A DNA stretch of 64,000 bases from an uncultured Bacilli bacterium (GTDB lineage: Bacteria; Bacillota_I; Bacilli_A; RFN20; CAG-826), in NCBI GenBank assembly GCA_944363525.1, contig CALVUF010000003.1, positions 173,776 to 237,775 on the forward strand. The letters are read 5' to 3'. Within the stretch, counting starts at the first letter, position 1, and each line of letters starts with the position of its first letter. Below the pieces are notes generated by a model, which ran no database searches, was not told the DNA's origin, and saw only the letters and a program-made list of their open reading frames with translations. Made by a program: the position numbers and the translations under genes. Positions 1 to 9,048 of this stretch are shown here, piece after piece.

Positions 1-63
1 GTACCTTGGTTTTTAAAATTACTGCAAGTTAAATCACGCCATTTTTGGTAAAAACAGCAACAT

Positions 64-94
64 AATACCGGTCATTTTTACAAAAACCGGTATT
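64..94. repeat. Perfect 9-bp inverted repeat AATACCGGT-N13-ACCGGTATT (operator or RNA hairpin candidate)
   Basis: Read directly at 64-72 and 86-94. The reverse complement of the left arm equals the right arm. Confidence 0.4.
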
Positions 95-128
95 AAAAAG
101 GCGCCTCCCGGCTGGAAGACGCCTTTTA
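94..128 (-). terminator. Rho-independent terminator candidate downstream of the lipoprotein gene (possibly bidirectional)
   Basis: aggcg(99-103)/cgcct(120-124) stem with an A5 run upstream and a T4 run downstream, just beyond the stop of the minus-strand ORF that ends at 142. Confidence 0.45.
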
Positions 129-141
129 AGTGGTGAATGGT

Positions 142-2082
142 TTAGTCGGCGGCGACCAAATTGGTGAGGTAGACCGCGGCATAGTCGCTGGAAGTGCTAT
201 AGCCGCCGAAGTAAGCGGTGACGTTATAGGTCGCGCCGGTGGTGATGACGAAGGAGGAAGGGGTGTATGACGGTTCGATTAAGGCATCGGAACCATCGAT
301 CTTCAAGGTGAAGAAACTCTTTCCGTCCGCCGAGATCTTTCCGGCAGTCGAAGTCCAGGTGTACTTCTTGAGTTCGGTCATGGCGAAGCTTTCTTTCCCG
401 ACCCAGGAATCGGCGATTTCCGCGGTTAGCGGAGTGGCGGCCGGAATGGTGATGCCGAGGTCTTCGTTCAAGACGGTGACTTCGTCATCTTTGGTGAACT
501 GGTAGAAGCCATGATAGGAGCTGACCATGCCGGAGAGCTGGACCGCGGTCCCGATCTTATAGGTTGAAGGGACGGTGCTGTTGAGGTGGTAATAGATGGC
601 CGCGGTGCCATCATTGACTACAAAACCTTTGGTGGTGATGGCGTCAATCACCCCTTTGACGGTGTAATTGCCGACTTTGTTGATGTTGGCGATTTTGGTC
701 TCGGCCGGGCCGGTCGCGTCACCAGTCTTGGTCAAGGAGGTCAAATAGATGCTGGCGTAGGTCTTATAGAAGCCCCCGAAGTAAGCGGTGACGGTGTAAG
801 TCGCCCCGACTTCGATCGAGAAGTCGGAGGTCGGAGCGATGGCTTCGATCGTGGTATTGGAACCATCGACGGGGAAGAGGTAATACGTGGTCTGGCCTTT
901 GCTGCTGGTGACGGTGGTTTCGCCGGCGACGGCAGTCCAGGTGTATTCCTTGATTTCGTCGGTCCCGAAGTTCGACTTGGTGGCCCAGGAATCGGCGATC
1001 GCTTTGGTGAGCGCCGTCGGGGCCGCCGGGGTGATGCCGGATTGGCCGCTCAGGGCTTGGATCGAGGCGTTTTCGTAATCGAACTGGAAGGCGCCGTTGT
1101 AGGTGCTGACGGTCCCACTGGCCTCGACGTAGTCCCCGATGGAGAATTCGGCGGCGGCATCCCGGTCGTGGTAGTAGATGGAATCGGCCCCGTCGGTGAT
1201 GATCAAACCTTGGGTGGTCAAAGCGTCAACGACCCCGCGGACGGTGTAGGTTCCAGCACTGGTGATTTGGCCGATGGCATAGTCATCGGATGGCTCCGGA
1301 TCGGGATCCGGGGTCGGATCCTCGCCTTCGCTGGTCTTGGTGAGGCTGGTCAGATAGAAAGCGGCGTAGTTACCATACTTCTCTCCGGCATAGCCAGCGA
1401 AGTAAGCGGTGACCTCATAGGTCGCGCCTTCTTCGATGTTGAACTCGTCTGGTTTATAGGAGGGCTCGACGGTAACTTCCGATCCGGCAAGGTTCAAGGT
1501 GAAGTAATCGCCGCTCTTGCCAGCGGTCGCCTGCCACTTGTACTCTTTCATGTCGGTGACGGCGAAGCTGGTGGCCTTGCTCCATTTGTCGAGGTCGGCG
1601 GCGGTCAACGTCTTGGGCTCGGGGATGGTGTAAGACGGGGTCTCGCTGAGCTTGGCGATCTTGGCTTCGGCGGTGAATTGGAACATTCCGTTGAAAGCCC
1701 CGATTTTGCCCTCGACCTCAAGGTAATCGCCGATTGAATAGGCGCTCGGTTCGGCGTTTAGGTAGACGTAAACGGAGGCGGTCCCGTCGGTGATCACGAA
1801 CCCTTTGGTGGTTTTGGCGTCGACTACGCCCCGGACGGTGTAGGTCTGGTCTTTGGCTTCGATTTGGCTGATGGCGTATTCCTTGCTCGGCTCCGGGGTC
1901 GATTGTTCTTCGCTGCTGGAAGAGGAGGAGGAACCGGTGTCGACCGGGCTCGTTTGGCTATTCCCGGTGTCGGAGGGCGATTGAGTGGGGGAACTGCTGG
2001 TGGTGCCCGCCGGATCGCAGGAGGCGAGGGCGAGGGCGCTGCCGACGAGCAATAACGACATTAGTTGCTTGGCTTTCATCAT
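142..2082 (-). CDS. Surface lipoprotein (646 aa) built from three ~180-aa tandem repeats, each with a YhcR-type OB-fold (tRNA_anti-like) module plus an unknown module
   Basis: N-terminus MMKAKQLMSLLLVGSALALASC is a signal peptide with a lipobox. A Ser/Thr/Pro-rich linker follows. There are three repeats of Y-A-I-x-Q-I...TYTVRGVVDA.TT.GF.ITDG..S.Y.Y...IGDY.E..G.....G..QF, which is the OB-fold nucleic-acid-binding signature of extracellular nucleases such as YhcR. An AAGGA ribosome-binding site sits 4 nt upstream of the ATG. Confidence 0.8.
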   Translation of the reverse strand: MMKAKQLMSLLLVGSALALASCDPAGTTSSSPTQSPSDTGNSQTSPVDTGSSSSSSSEEQSTPEPSKEYAISQIEAKDQTYTVRGVVDAKTTKGFVITDGTASVYVYLNAEPSAYSIGDYLEVEGKIGAFNGMFQFTAEAKIAKLSETPSYTIPEPKTLTAADLDKWSKATSFAVTDMKEYKWQATAGKSGDYFTLNLAGSEVTVEPSYKPDEFNIEEGATYEVTAYFAGYAGEKYGNYAAFYLTSLTKTSEGEDPTPDPDPEPSDDYAIGQITSAGTYTVRGVVDALTTQGLIITDGADSIYYHDRDAAAEFSIGDYVEASGTVSTYNGAFQFDYENASIQALSGQSGITPAAPTALTKAIADSWATKSNFGTDEIKEYTWTAVAGETTVTSSKGQTTYYLFPVDGSNTTIEAIAPTSDFSIEVGATYTVTAYFGGFYKTYASIYLTSLTKTGDATGPAETKIANINKVGNYTVKGVIDAITTKGFVVNDGTAAIYYHLNSTVPSTYKIGTAVQLSGMVSSYHGFYQFTKDDEVTVLNEDLGITIPAATPLTAEIADSWVGKESFAMTELKKYTWTSTAGKISADGKSFFTLKIDGSDALIEPSYTPSSFVITTGATYNVTAYFGGYSTSSDYAAVYLTNLVAAD

Positions 2083-2275
2083 GTTTCCTTTCTAGCCGAT
2101 TGGCTATTTGATGAATTGTTCAAGGGGACTGATGCCTCGATGGACGGCTTATTGTATCCCCTTTTCTATGCGCGGGTACGTAAAGAAAAATTTACATTCG
2201 GGGAAGCCGGCTGTCCTTACCCAAAATCGGAAACGTTTTTATCGGCATCGCCGTCCTATAATATGGGGCGAACAT

Positions 2276-2773
2276 ATGCGAAAACCCTTTGGTCTATTCC
2301 TTCCCTTGCTCCTCTTGCTTCCTTCTTGCCAAAAGGCGACGCTTTATTTAGCGAAAGATCCGAATAGCAACCTTGAGCTTTATCTCACCCAAGCGGTCAA
2401 AGACGAGGATTTGACCGATCTTTATTACCTACCCATCGGCTTTGGGGTCGAGGTATATCTTTCCGTCCCGCCTTTGGAGAATGGGGCGAAGCCTGACCAA
2501 TGCGTCCGTTACCAGTTGACCGCTTATCCCGATTATGCCGATGGGGGGCGCTATGTCACCGGTATCTCCATTACCGATCCCACCTATACTGTTTATGGAT
2601 TAACGATCAATTCCTCCGCTGACGATTTTAAGGTGGCGATGGAGGAATGGGGCTTTGCCCTAAGCGAGTCTGGCCTCTCGGCTGACTGGGGAAACGGCTC
2701 GATCGGCCTTACTCCGGGGAAGAGCCTTAGGCTGCAGGCCAAGGTGACCAACCGCGATAACATCATTTTCTGA
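2276..2773 (+). CDS. Small lipoprotein; the ORF-track N-terminal extension (2108-2275) is probably not translated
   Basis: The internal Met begins MRKPFGLFLPLLLLLPSC, a signal peptide with a lipobox. A TATAAT box sits at 2257-2262, 13 nt upstream. Confidence 0.55.
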   Translation: MRKPFGLFLPLLLLLPSCQKATLYLAKDPNSNLELYLTQAVKDEDLTDLYYLPIGFGVEVYLSVPPLENGAKPDQCVRYQLTAYPDYADGGRYVTGISITDPTYTVYGLTINSSADDFKVAMEEWGFALSESGLSADWGNGSIGLTPGKSLRLQAKVTNRDNIIF

Positions 2774-2859
2774 ACTTGGCCCGAAAAAACGGACATCGAG
2801 TTTCGCTTGGCCCCTTTTGGCCGAACATTGATTACAATTACGCCTTGGAGGAAACAACC

Positions 2860-4167
2860 ATGAAAGTCATTTGCCCGCATTGCCAAACCGAATTCGAATT
2901 GACCGATGCCGGTTACCAGGACCTGCTGTCTCAGGTCAAAACGAAGGAGTTCGCCAAAGAACTCGAGGAGAAGCTCGCCACTTACAAGGAGAAAGAGGAG
3001 GCGAAGAAGAAGCTAGATGAAGCCGACGCCTTAGCCAAATTCAATCAAGAGAAAAACGCCCTTGAGAAGCGGATTCAGGAGCTTAATGCCCAACTTCAAG
3101 GAGCCGACGCCGCCAAGCGATTAGCCTTAAGCGAGCAAAAGGAAAGCGTCACTAAGGATTTGGACAAGAAAAACGAGGAGATCAACGAACTGAAGCTCTC
3201 GCTCCAGAAAGCCCAAGTCGAGGCCAAAGCCGCGGTCGATAAAGCCACCGCCCAACTCGCCAATCAGGTGAATGAGTTGAAAAACCAACTGAGTCTGGCC
3301 GCTAAAGACAAGCAATTGGAGCTGACCAATCAAAAGACCACCTACGAATCCGCCCTCCAGCTGAAGGATGAGGAAATCAATCGGCTGAAGGACTTCAAAC
3401 TCCGCGAATCGACCAAGATGGTGGGGGAGAACCTCGAGCAATATTGCCACGATGAGTTCGATAAGCTTCGGGCCGTCGCCTTCCCGTCGGCCTACTTCGA
3501 GAAGGACAACGATGCCAAGACCGGCTCGAAAGGCGACTTCATCTTCCGCGATTACGATGATGAGGGGAACGAATATGTCTCCATCATGTTCGAGATGAAG
3601 AACGAGATGGATGCCACCGCGACCAAGCATAAGAACGCCGACTTCTTCAAGGAACTCGATAAGGACCGGAACGAGAAGAAATGCGAATACGCCGTCTTGG
3701 TCAGCATGCTGGAGCAGGACTCCAATCTCTATAACCAAGGGATCGTCGACGTCTCCCATCTCTACCCCAAGATGTACGTCATCCGCCCCCAATTCTTCAT
3801 CCCCCTCATCTCGTTGCTTAAAAACGCGGCCCAAAACAGCATCGGGTTAAAGAAGCAGCTTATCGCGATGAAGAATCAGAACCTTGAGCTCGAGACCTTC
3901 GAGGATAACCTCCAAGCCTTCAAGGACGGGTTCAGCCGGAACTTTGAGCTGGCCAAGAAGAAATATGATTCGGCCATCGAGCAGATTGATAAGTCCATCG
4001 CCGCCCTGACCAAGGTCAAGGAGGCCCTGATGGGGAGCGAGAAGAGCCTGGCAATCGCCAACAACAAGATCGATGACGTCACCATCCGGAAGCTGACCAA
4101 AGGGGCCCCGACCATCGCCGCCAAATTCAAAGAGATTCAGGAAGAGAAGAAGCAAAGCAACCAATAA
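2860..4167 (+). CDS. Zinc-ribbon / long coiled-coil protein with a C-terminal PD-(D/E)xK-like domain (DUF2130-like)
   Basis: GGAGG ribosome-binding site then the start MKVICPHCQTEF (CxxC zinc ribbon). About 200 aa of heptad-like, K/E/Q/L-rich sequence follow. The C-terminal region contains GDFIFRD...IMFEMKNE, a D...E-x-K arrangement. The ORF-track start at 2776 is upstream of the ribosome-binding site. Confidence 0.7.
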   Translation: MKVICPHCQTEFELTDAGYQDLLSQVKTKEFAKELEEKLATYKEKEEAKKKLDEADALAKFNQEKNALEKRIQELNAQLQGADAAKRLALSEQKESVTKDLDKKNEEINELKLSLQKAQVEAKAAVDKATAQLANQVNELKNQLSLAAKDKQLELTNQKTTYESALQLKDEEINRLKDFKLRESTKMVGENLEQYCHDEFDKLRAVAFPSAYFEKDNDAKTGSKGDFIFRDYDDEGNEYVSIMFEMKNEMDATATKHKNADFFKELDKDRNEKKCEYAVLVSMLEQDSNLYNQGIVDVSHLYPKMYVIRPQFFIPLISLLKNAAQNSIGLKKQLIAMKNQNLELETFEDNLQAFKDGFSRNFELAKKKYDSAIEQIDKSIAALTKVKEALMGSEKSLAIANNKIDDVTIRKLTKGAPTIAAKFKEIQEEKKQSNQ

Positions 4168-4172
4168 CCATG

Positions 4173-4215
4173 CAAAAAGGCGCTTACTCGGATGAATAGG
4201 CGCCTTTGGTTTTTA
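4173..4215. terminator. Bidirectional rho-independent terminator between convergent genes
   Basis: aggcgc(4178-4183)/gcgcct(4200-4205) stem, with an A-run before it and tttggttttt after it. Confidence 0.6.
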
Positions 4216-5229
4216 ATCCGCTTTTGCGGGCGTCTCGCTGTTCTCGGCGATCTTCTCCTTCAATTTGCCAAGCATATCGGCTTCTAGGAGCCGTTTGGTC
4301 TCGAGAATCGTCTCCTTGAAGGTCTCGGCCTTGGATTTGCCATGGCACTTCATGACCAGCTTCTTGACCCCAAGGAGCGGGGCGCAGGCTTTCTTCGCGT
4401 ATTCGAAGGGCTTCTTGACGTTCTTTAGTCCCTTTAGTTGGAACAAGGCCCCGAGCTTAGTGAAGATATTCTTGAAGATGGCTTCTTTGAAAAGGTCGGA
4501 GATGTAGTAGCAGGCCTCCTCGGTCCCTTTGAGGAAGACGTTGCCGGCGAACCCATCGGCGATGACGGCATCGGCCTCGCCTTTTAAGACGTGGTCGCCC
4601 TCGATCGAGCCGACGAAGTTGAGCCCCGAGTTTTTGAGCAGGGTATAGGCTTCCTTGGTCAATTCGTTGCCTTTCCCTTCCTCATTCCCGACGTTCAATA
4701 ATCCGATCCGGGGATTATCGATCCCGATGGTCTCGAGGTAAGTCGCGGCCATATAGGCGAATTGAAGGAGGTATTCGGGCTTGCAGTCCATATTGGCCCC
4801 GGCATCCATCACTCGGACCAATTTCCCGGTGCGGGTCGGCAAAGTCGCCATCAAGGCCGGCCGGCTGACGCCAGGCAAACGGCCGAGCCGGAATAAGCCG
4901 CCGGAGAGGATGGCTCCGGTTGGACCGGCCGAGACCAAGGCCCCGGCTTGCTCATCGCTTCGTAGCCGTTCATAGGCCAAAGCCAAGGAGCAATTGGGCT
5001 TCTCCTTGAAGAAGGTCGCCGGGTGATCGGTATTTTGAACTGCGACTTCGGTATCGACGATCTCGACTTTCGTTTTCAATTCCCCTAAACCCTCTTCGAT
5101 CCTCGCTTTCGCTCCGAAGGCGACGATATCGAGGCTCGGATCCGCGGTTAAGGCGTCCTTTAGGCCTTTGACGCATTCTTCAGGGGCGTAATCCCCGCCT
5201 AAGCAATCGAGCAGTATCTTCATAGCCAT
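4213..5229 (-). CDS. plsX: Phosphate acyltransferase PlsX
   Basis: MAMKILLDCLGGDYAPEECVKG... shows the characteristic PlsX N-terminus and overall pattern, at 338 aa. It is isolated, with no fab genes adjacent. Confidence 0.9.
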   Translation of the reverse strand: MAMKILLDCLGGDYAPEECVKGLKDALTADPSLDIVAFGAKARIEEGLGELKTKVEIVDTEVAVQNTDHPATFFKEKPNCSLALAYERLRSDEQAGALVSAGPTGAILSGGLFRLGRLPGVSRPALMATLPTRTGKLVRVMDAGANMDCKPEYLLQFAYMAATYLETIGIDNPRIGLLNVGNEEGKGNELTKEAYTLLKNSGLNFVGSIEGDHVLKGEADAVIADGFAGNVFLKGTEEACYYISDLFKEAIFKNIFTKLGALFQLKGLKNVKKPFEYAKKACAPLLGVKKLVMKCHGKSKAETFKETILETKRLLEADMLGKLKEKIAENSETPAKAD

Positions 5230-5251
5230 CTCCTATTTGACTGGCTAATAT

Positions 5252-5259
5252 TGTATAAT
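5252..5259 (+). promoter_or_regulatory. TG-TATAAT -10 element 7 nt upstream of the ATG at 5267 (leaderless candidate)
   Basis: tgtataat at 5252-5259, no Shine-Dalgarno sequence, ATG at 5267. Confidence 0.5.
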
Positions 5260-5266
5260 CGTTTCG

Positions 5267-5968
5267 ATGCCAAATGAAAACCGGGTTTCCCGACCCTTGC
5301 TTATCTGCCTCTGCGGCTACTTGCTGCTGATCCTTATTTCCGCCATCTGCTGCCTGGCGATTAACTTTTCCTATCTTAAGCTTGGCTATGGCCTCTTTTT
5401 GCTGGTCTTATTCGCTGCCGAGTCGATGCGGATCCTGCCGCTTTTGTTCGGATTTTCGAAAAAAGAGCTGGGTTTTGCTAAGTTATACGGCCGTTTCACC
5501 TTGGCCGGTCACTTGTTAGAAGCCGTCGCCATCTTTGGCCTTATCTATCTTGGTCGATACCTATCTTCCGACTTAACTTACGTCGTCATGTCGAGTTCGG
5601 AGGCCGAGCCGGCTTATCCCAATAGCCTCTACATCTTCGTCTCGACGTTCTTCTTGGCCTTCCTCTTCGTCTTCTTGTTCTTCGGCTCCAACTCCTGGAC
5701 CGAGCAGAAGCCGAAGCTTTTGGTCTCCTTATGCCGGAACATCTCCTTTTTGATCCTGTGCCTGCTTTGCTTCACCCAATACCTCTTCATCTCCTTGAAC
5801 TCGACCTTCGCCTCCCCTTTGTCCTATGTCTTCGTCTACGCCTTCCTCTTTGGAATCGGCAACGCCGTTTTCTCCTTGTTCATCGCCAAGGATAGGCGAG
5901 CGGCCTACGCCTATATCCTCGTCATCCTCTCGGTCATCGGGTTCGCTCTTACCGGTCTATTAATCTAG
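5267..5968 (+). CDS. Polytopic membrane protein, unknown function
   Basis: 233 aa with five or more hydrophobic helices and no recognizable motif. Confidence 0.65.
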   Translation: MPNENRVSRPLLICLCGYLLLILISAICCLAINFSYLKLGYGLFLLVLFAAESMRILPLLFGFSKKELGFAKLYGRFTLAGHLLEAVAIFGLIYLGRYLSSDLTYVVMSSSEAEPAYPNSLYIFVSTFFLAFLFVFLFFGSNSWTEQKPKLLVSLCRNISFLILCLLCFTQYLFISLNSTFASPLSYVFVYAFLFGIGNAVFSLFIAKDRRAAYAYILVILSVIGFALTGLLI

Positions 5969-5994
5969 CCTTGTGCACGCGCGCGCCCTTGTTC

Positions 5995-6000
5995 TATAAT
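5995..6000 (+). promoter_or_regulatory. TATAAT -10 box 9 nt upstream of the ATG at 6010, with a possible -35 TTGTGC 18 nt upstream
   Basis: Read directly. No Shine-Dalgarno sequence lies between the box and the ATG. Confidence 0.45.
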
Positions 6001-6009
6001 CGGCACGCC

Positions 6010-7326
6010 ATGAACGAAGATTTGCTGAAGCGTTATTTAGACCATACTGAAGACAACGAAGCCGAGATCCTTTCCTCGGATAAAGTCGCCTGCCTTTCCT
6101 GCGGCTCCCTTTCCTCGGCCCGGGAGGTCAAGGAATGGGATGACGACGGGGGCAAGGTTAAGGCCTGCTGCCCTTTATGCGGCCTCCCGACCATCGTCGG
6201 CGACTCCTCGGGACTTCCTTTTGATCCGGATACCCTCGCCAAAGTCAAAGCGGCCTTGCTTAGCCGCGGGGGCGATAAAGAGTATCTAACCGAGATGAAG
6301 CGATATTGCGACCGCTTCGTCAATGAGGAGATCGCCCACAGTGAAGAAAGCGAGAAGATCTTTCTCCGTTATTGCCATCTCTTGGCTGAGCATGGCAACC
6401 ATGACGCCTATCTTGACCTCGGCGATTTCTACATGAATGGCGGGGTCGCCATCCCATCTGACCTCGATAAGGCCATCCATTATTACAGTTCCCCGATTTT
6501 AGCTCACGATATTCAGGCTTTGATAAACCTGGCTATCATTTACCGGATTGGGACCCCCAAGCATAAGTCGAACCCCAAGAAGGTCATCGACCTTTTAACC
6601 CGGGCGGTCATGCTCGGTTCCCACAAGGCCAAGATGCTTTTCTGCGACCTCTATGACGAAGGGGAAGGGGTTAAGCCCGACCCGTTCCTTTCAACCAAGG
6701 TCCTCTCCTCCCTTTATGATCTGGCCTATCATTCATACCTCATCCAAGGTTATGACTCCGATTTGGATTTAGGGGAGATCGCCGCCCGGCTTTTCTCCCA
6801 TTTCCATCAAGGGTTCGGAGCCCCGGTCGATGAGGAGGGGGCTTTCGGCTTAGCCTTGGTCGCCGAGCATTGCTACCAGACCAATCCCGAGCAATACAAC
6901 GAGGATTTGCCCCGGCAGATCCAAGGCTATATCAATGACGCCTCGGTAAAGTTCCATTACCAGCCGGGGGAGATGGTTTTCGACGTCGATACCTTCAACG
7001 ACACGATGCTGATGATGCCGCAGGCGTTCTTGCTTCGCCTCTCGAATCTTTCCTTCGACGAAAGCGAGCACACCCTGACTTTCGATCTTCTCTCCCCGAC
7101 CCCGATATTGCTGGTCGACTATGCCTCGATTTCGACTAAAGTCCTCTCCGGTTCCCAGACCTTCGTCTTCGATTCGGTGGCCTCGATCAAGGGCGAGGAG
7201 ACCGATGACATCAATTTCTCCAACTTCCGGCTAGAAGGGGATAGCCTCCGGTTCTACCGGTTGTCTGGGGATGGGGAAGCCGAGGTATTCCGGATCGTCT
7301 TATTCCCGAAGGAGGCGGCGAAATGA
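6010..7326 (+). CDS. Zinc-ribbon plus Sel1-like repeat protein
   Basis: Likely start MNEDLLKRY. It has a CxxC...CCPLC zinc ribbon and Sel1/TPR-like repeats (YLDLGDFYMNGGVAIPSDLDKAIHYY; INLAIIYRIG). The ORF-track start at 5971 precedes the -10 box. Confidence 0.65.
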   Translation: MNEDLLKRYLDHTEDNEAEILSSDKVACLSCGSLSSAREVKEWDDDGGKVKACCPLCGLPTIVGDSSGLPFDPDTLAKVKAALLSRGGDKEYLTEMKRYCDRFVNEEIAHSEESEKIFLRYCHLLAEHGNHDAYLDLGDFYMNGGVAIPSDLDKAIHYYSSPILAHDIQALINLAIIYRIGTPKHKSNPKKVIDLLTRAVMLGSHKAKMLFCDLYDEGEGVKPDPFLSTKVLSSLYDLAYHSYLIQGYDSDLDLGEIAARLFSHFHQGFGAPVDEEGAFGLALVAEHCYQTNPEQYNEDLPRQIQGYINDASVKFHYQPGEMVFDVDTFNDTMLMMPQAFLLRLSNLSFDESEHTLTFDLLSPTPILLVDYASISTKVLSGSQTFVFDSVASIKGEETDDINFSNFRLEGDSLRFYRLSGDGEAEVFRIVLFPKEAAK

Positions 7327-9044
7327 AATCGCTTAATTGCTTAAAGGGGCAATACGCCAAAGTCATCTTCGCCCCGATCCTCAAGATCGTCGAATGCATC
7401 TGCGAACTGATCGTCCCCTTCGTCGTCAAGTCGATCATCGATGAGGGGTTATCGAGTGACGGGGCCCATTACGGGGAGACCGATTACATTGTCTTGATGT
7501 CATTGCTGGTTTTGGGGTTGGCCTTATTGGGGTTTGGGGCGACCATGGTCACCCAATACGTCGCCTCCAAAGTCTCGACCGATTTCGGTTTTCGCCTGCG
7601 GGGCGCGGTCTATGGGCAGATCAATTCCTTATCCTCCTCCGAGCTCGATAAGTACGGGCGGAGCAAGGCCTTGAACCTCCTATCCAGCGACTCGTTTTCC
7701 TTGCAAAACGGCTTATTCATGTTCATGCGCCTTTTGGTCCGGGCGCCGTTTTTGACCCTCGGCTCGATCGTCTGCTCTTTCATTTTGAATGTCTATGCCG
7801 GCTTAGCCGTCGTCATCGCCCTCGCTTTATGCGCGGTGGTGGTGGCCCTGGTCTTAGCCTATACGCCCAAGAAGTATGGGGCGGTCCAAAGCTCGCTCGA
7901 TAAGCTGACCTCTTTAAGCGAAGACGGGGTCTCGGGGGCGAGGGTCATCCGGAGCTTCAACAAGCAGGAAGACGAAGTGGGGCTCTTCCAGCAAGTCTCC
8001 TCCGAATACCAGCACCGTTCCGACTTCTTGGCCAAAATCAATGCGCTGATCAACCCGTTGACCTTCGGCTTAGTCAACCTCGCCATCGTCGTCGTCTTCT
8101 ACCTCGGCTCCTTCCAGTTTGAGGTCTCGGGGTTATCCTCTGGCAGCATCGTCGCCATCATGGGATTATTGACCCAGAGTTTGACGGCCCTGATCCAGTT
8201 CTCCCGGCTCGTCACCTCCTTATCGAAGGCCTATGCCTCCAAGAAGCGGCTCGACGCCTTCCTTTCCTTGGAATCGAAGATCCAAGACGGGGATAAGCCC
8301 TTGCCGGAAGTCGAGGATGGCAAGCCGCTGCTCGAAGCCAATAAGGCCTGTCTATCCTATGGGGGCGAGTCGCTCGCGGTCGACCACGTCGATTTCCTGT
8401 TGAACCGAGGCGAATCGATCGGGATCCTCGGCGGGACGGGCTCCGGCAAATCGACGTTGCTATCGCTGCTGCTCCGCTTTGTCGACCCCAATGACGGGGC
8501 CCTCTATTATGGCGGGGTCCCCTATTCTTCCCTGAGGGCGGACGATATCCGGAGCCAAATCGCCATCGTCTTGCAGAAAGCCCAGCTGTTCAAGGGGAGC
8601 GTCAAAGACAACGTGGCCTTGGGGAACCCTAATTGCGATGAGGCGACCTTGCAGTCCGCCCTCCGCGATTCCTTGGCCGAGGAATTCGTCTCCCGTTATC
8701 CCGACGGGGTGAATCACCCGATCGAGGAGGGCGGGGCCAACCTCTCGGGCGGGCAGAAGCAACGGCTGCTCATCGCCCGGGCCCTTTGCTCGTTACGGCC
8801 GATCCTGATCTTGGATGACAGCACGTCGGCCCTCGACTACAAGTCGGATCTATTGGTCCGGACCAACATCAAGAAACGGAAGAACGTCTCGCTCATCCTC
8901 GTCTCCCAGCGGGCGACCTCGATCAAAGACTGCGACCGGATCTACGTCTTAGACAAAGGGGCGGTCGTCGGGGTCGGGAAACACGAGGAGCTATTGGAAA
9001 ACTGCCCGATTTATAAACAGACCTTCGAGGCTCAAGTGAGGTAA
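7323..9044 (+). CDS. ABC exporter, fused permease/ATPase half-transporter; its nucleotide site lacks the catalytic glutamate
   Basis: Six-helix transmembrane domain. Walker A is GGTGSGKST and the signature LSGGQKQR is canonical. Walker B reads ILILDDSTSALD, with D in place of the catalytic E. A GGAGG ribosome-binding site precedes it, and it overlaps the upstream gene by 4 nt. Confidence 0.9.
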   Translation: MKSLNCLKGQYAKVIFAPILKIVECICELIVPFVVKSIIDEGLSSDGAHYGETDYIVLMSLLVLGLALLGFGATMVTQYVASKVSTDFGFRLRGAVYGQINSLSSSELDKYGRSKALNLLSSDSFSLQNGLFMFMRLLVRAPFLTLGSIVCSFILNVYAGLAVVIALALCAVVVALVLAYTPKKYGAVQSSLDKLTSLSEDGVSGARVIRSFNKQEDEVGLFQQVSSEYQHRSDFLAKINALINPLTFGLVNLAIVVVFYLGSFQFEVSGLSSGSIVAIMGLLTQSLTALIQFSRLVTSLSKAYASKKRLDAFLSLESKIQDGDKPLPEVEDGKPLLEANKACLSYGGESLAVDHVDFLLNRGESIGILGGTGSGKSTLLSLLLRFVDPNDGALYYGGVPYSSLRADDIRSQIAIVLQKAQLFKGSVKDNVALGNPNCDEATLQSALRDSLAEEFVSRYPDGVNHPIEEGGANLSGGQKQRLLIARALCSLRPILILDDSTSALDYKSDLLVRTNIKKRKNVSLILVSQRATSIKDCDRIYVLDKGAVVGVGKHEELLENCPIYKQTFEAQVR

Positions 9045-9048
9045 AGTT

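Noticed and set aside
586-1737. Long plus-strand ORF (383 aa, Gly/Asp/Val-rich) antisense to the lipoprotein gene. Similar antisense or alternate-frame ORFs occur at 3127-3834, 9973-10482, 12464-12997, 14962-15540, 21946-22452 and 33846-34160.
   Set aside because: Their low-complexity composition is typical of out-of-frame readings of high-GC coding DNA. They are fully embedded in better-supported genes that have motifs, ribosome-binding sites and terminators.
2108-2275. N-terminal 56-codon extension of the small lipoprotein ORF.
   Set aside because: It precedes a TATAAT box and contains no signal peptide. The internal Met gives a perfect lipoprotein signal.
4213-5229. plsX standing alone, without fabH/fabD/acpP neighbours, as a possible sign of fatty-acid auxotrophy.
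   Set aside because: FAS-II cannot be judged absent from a 64-kb window. The layout is simply noted.
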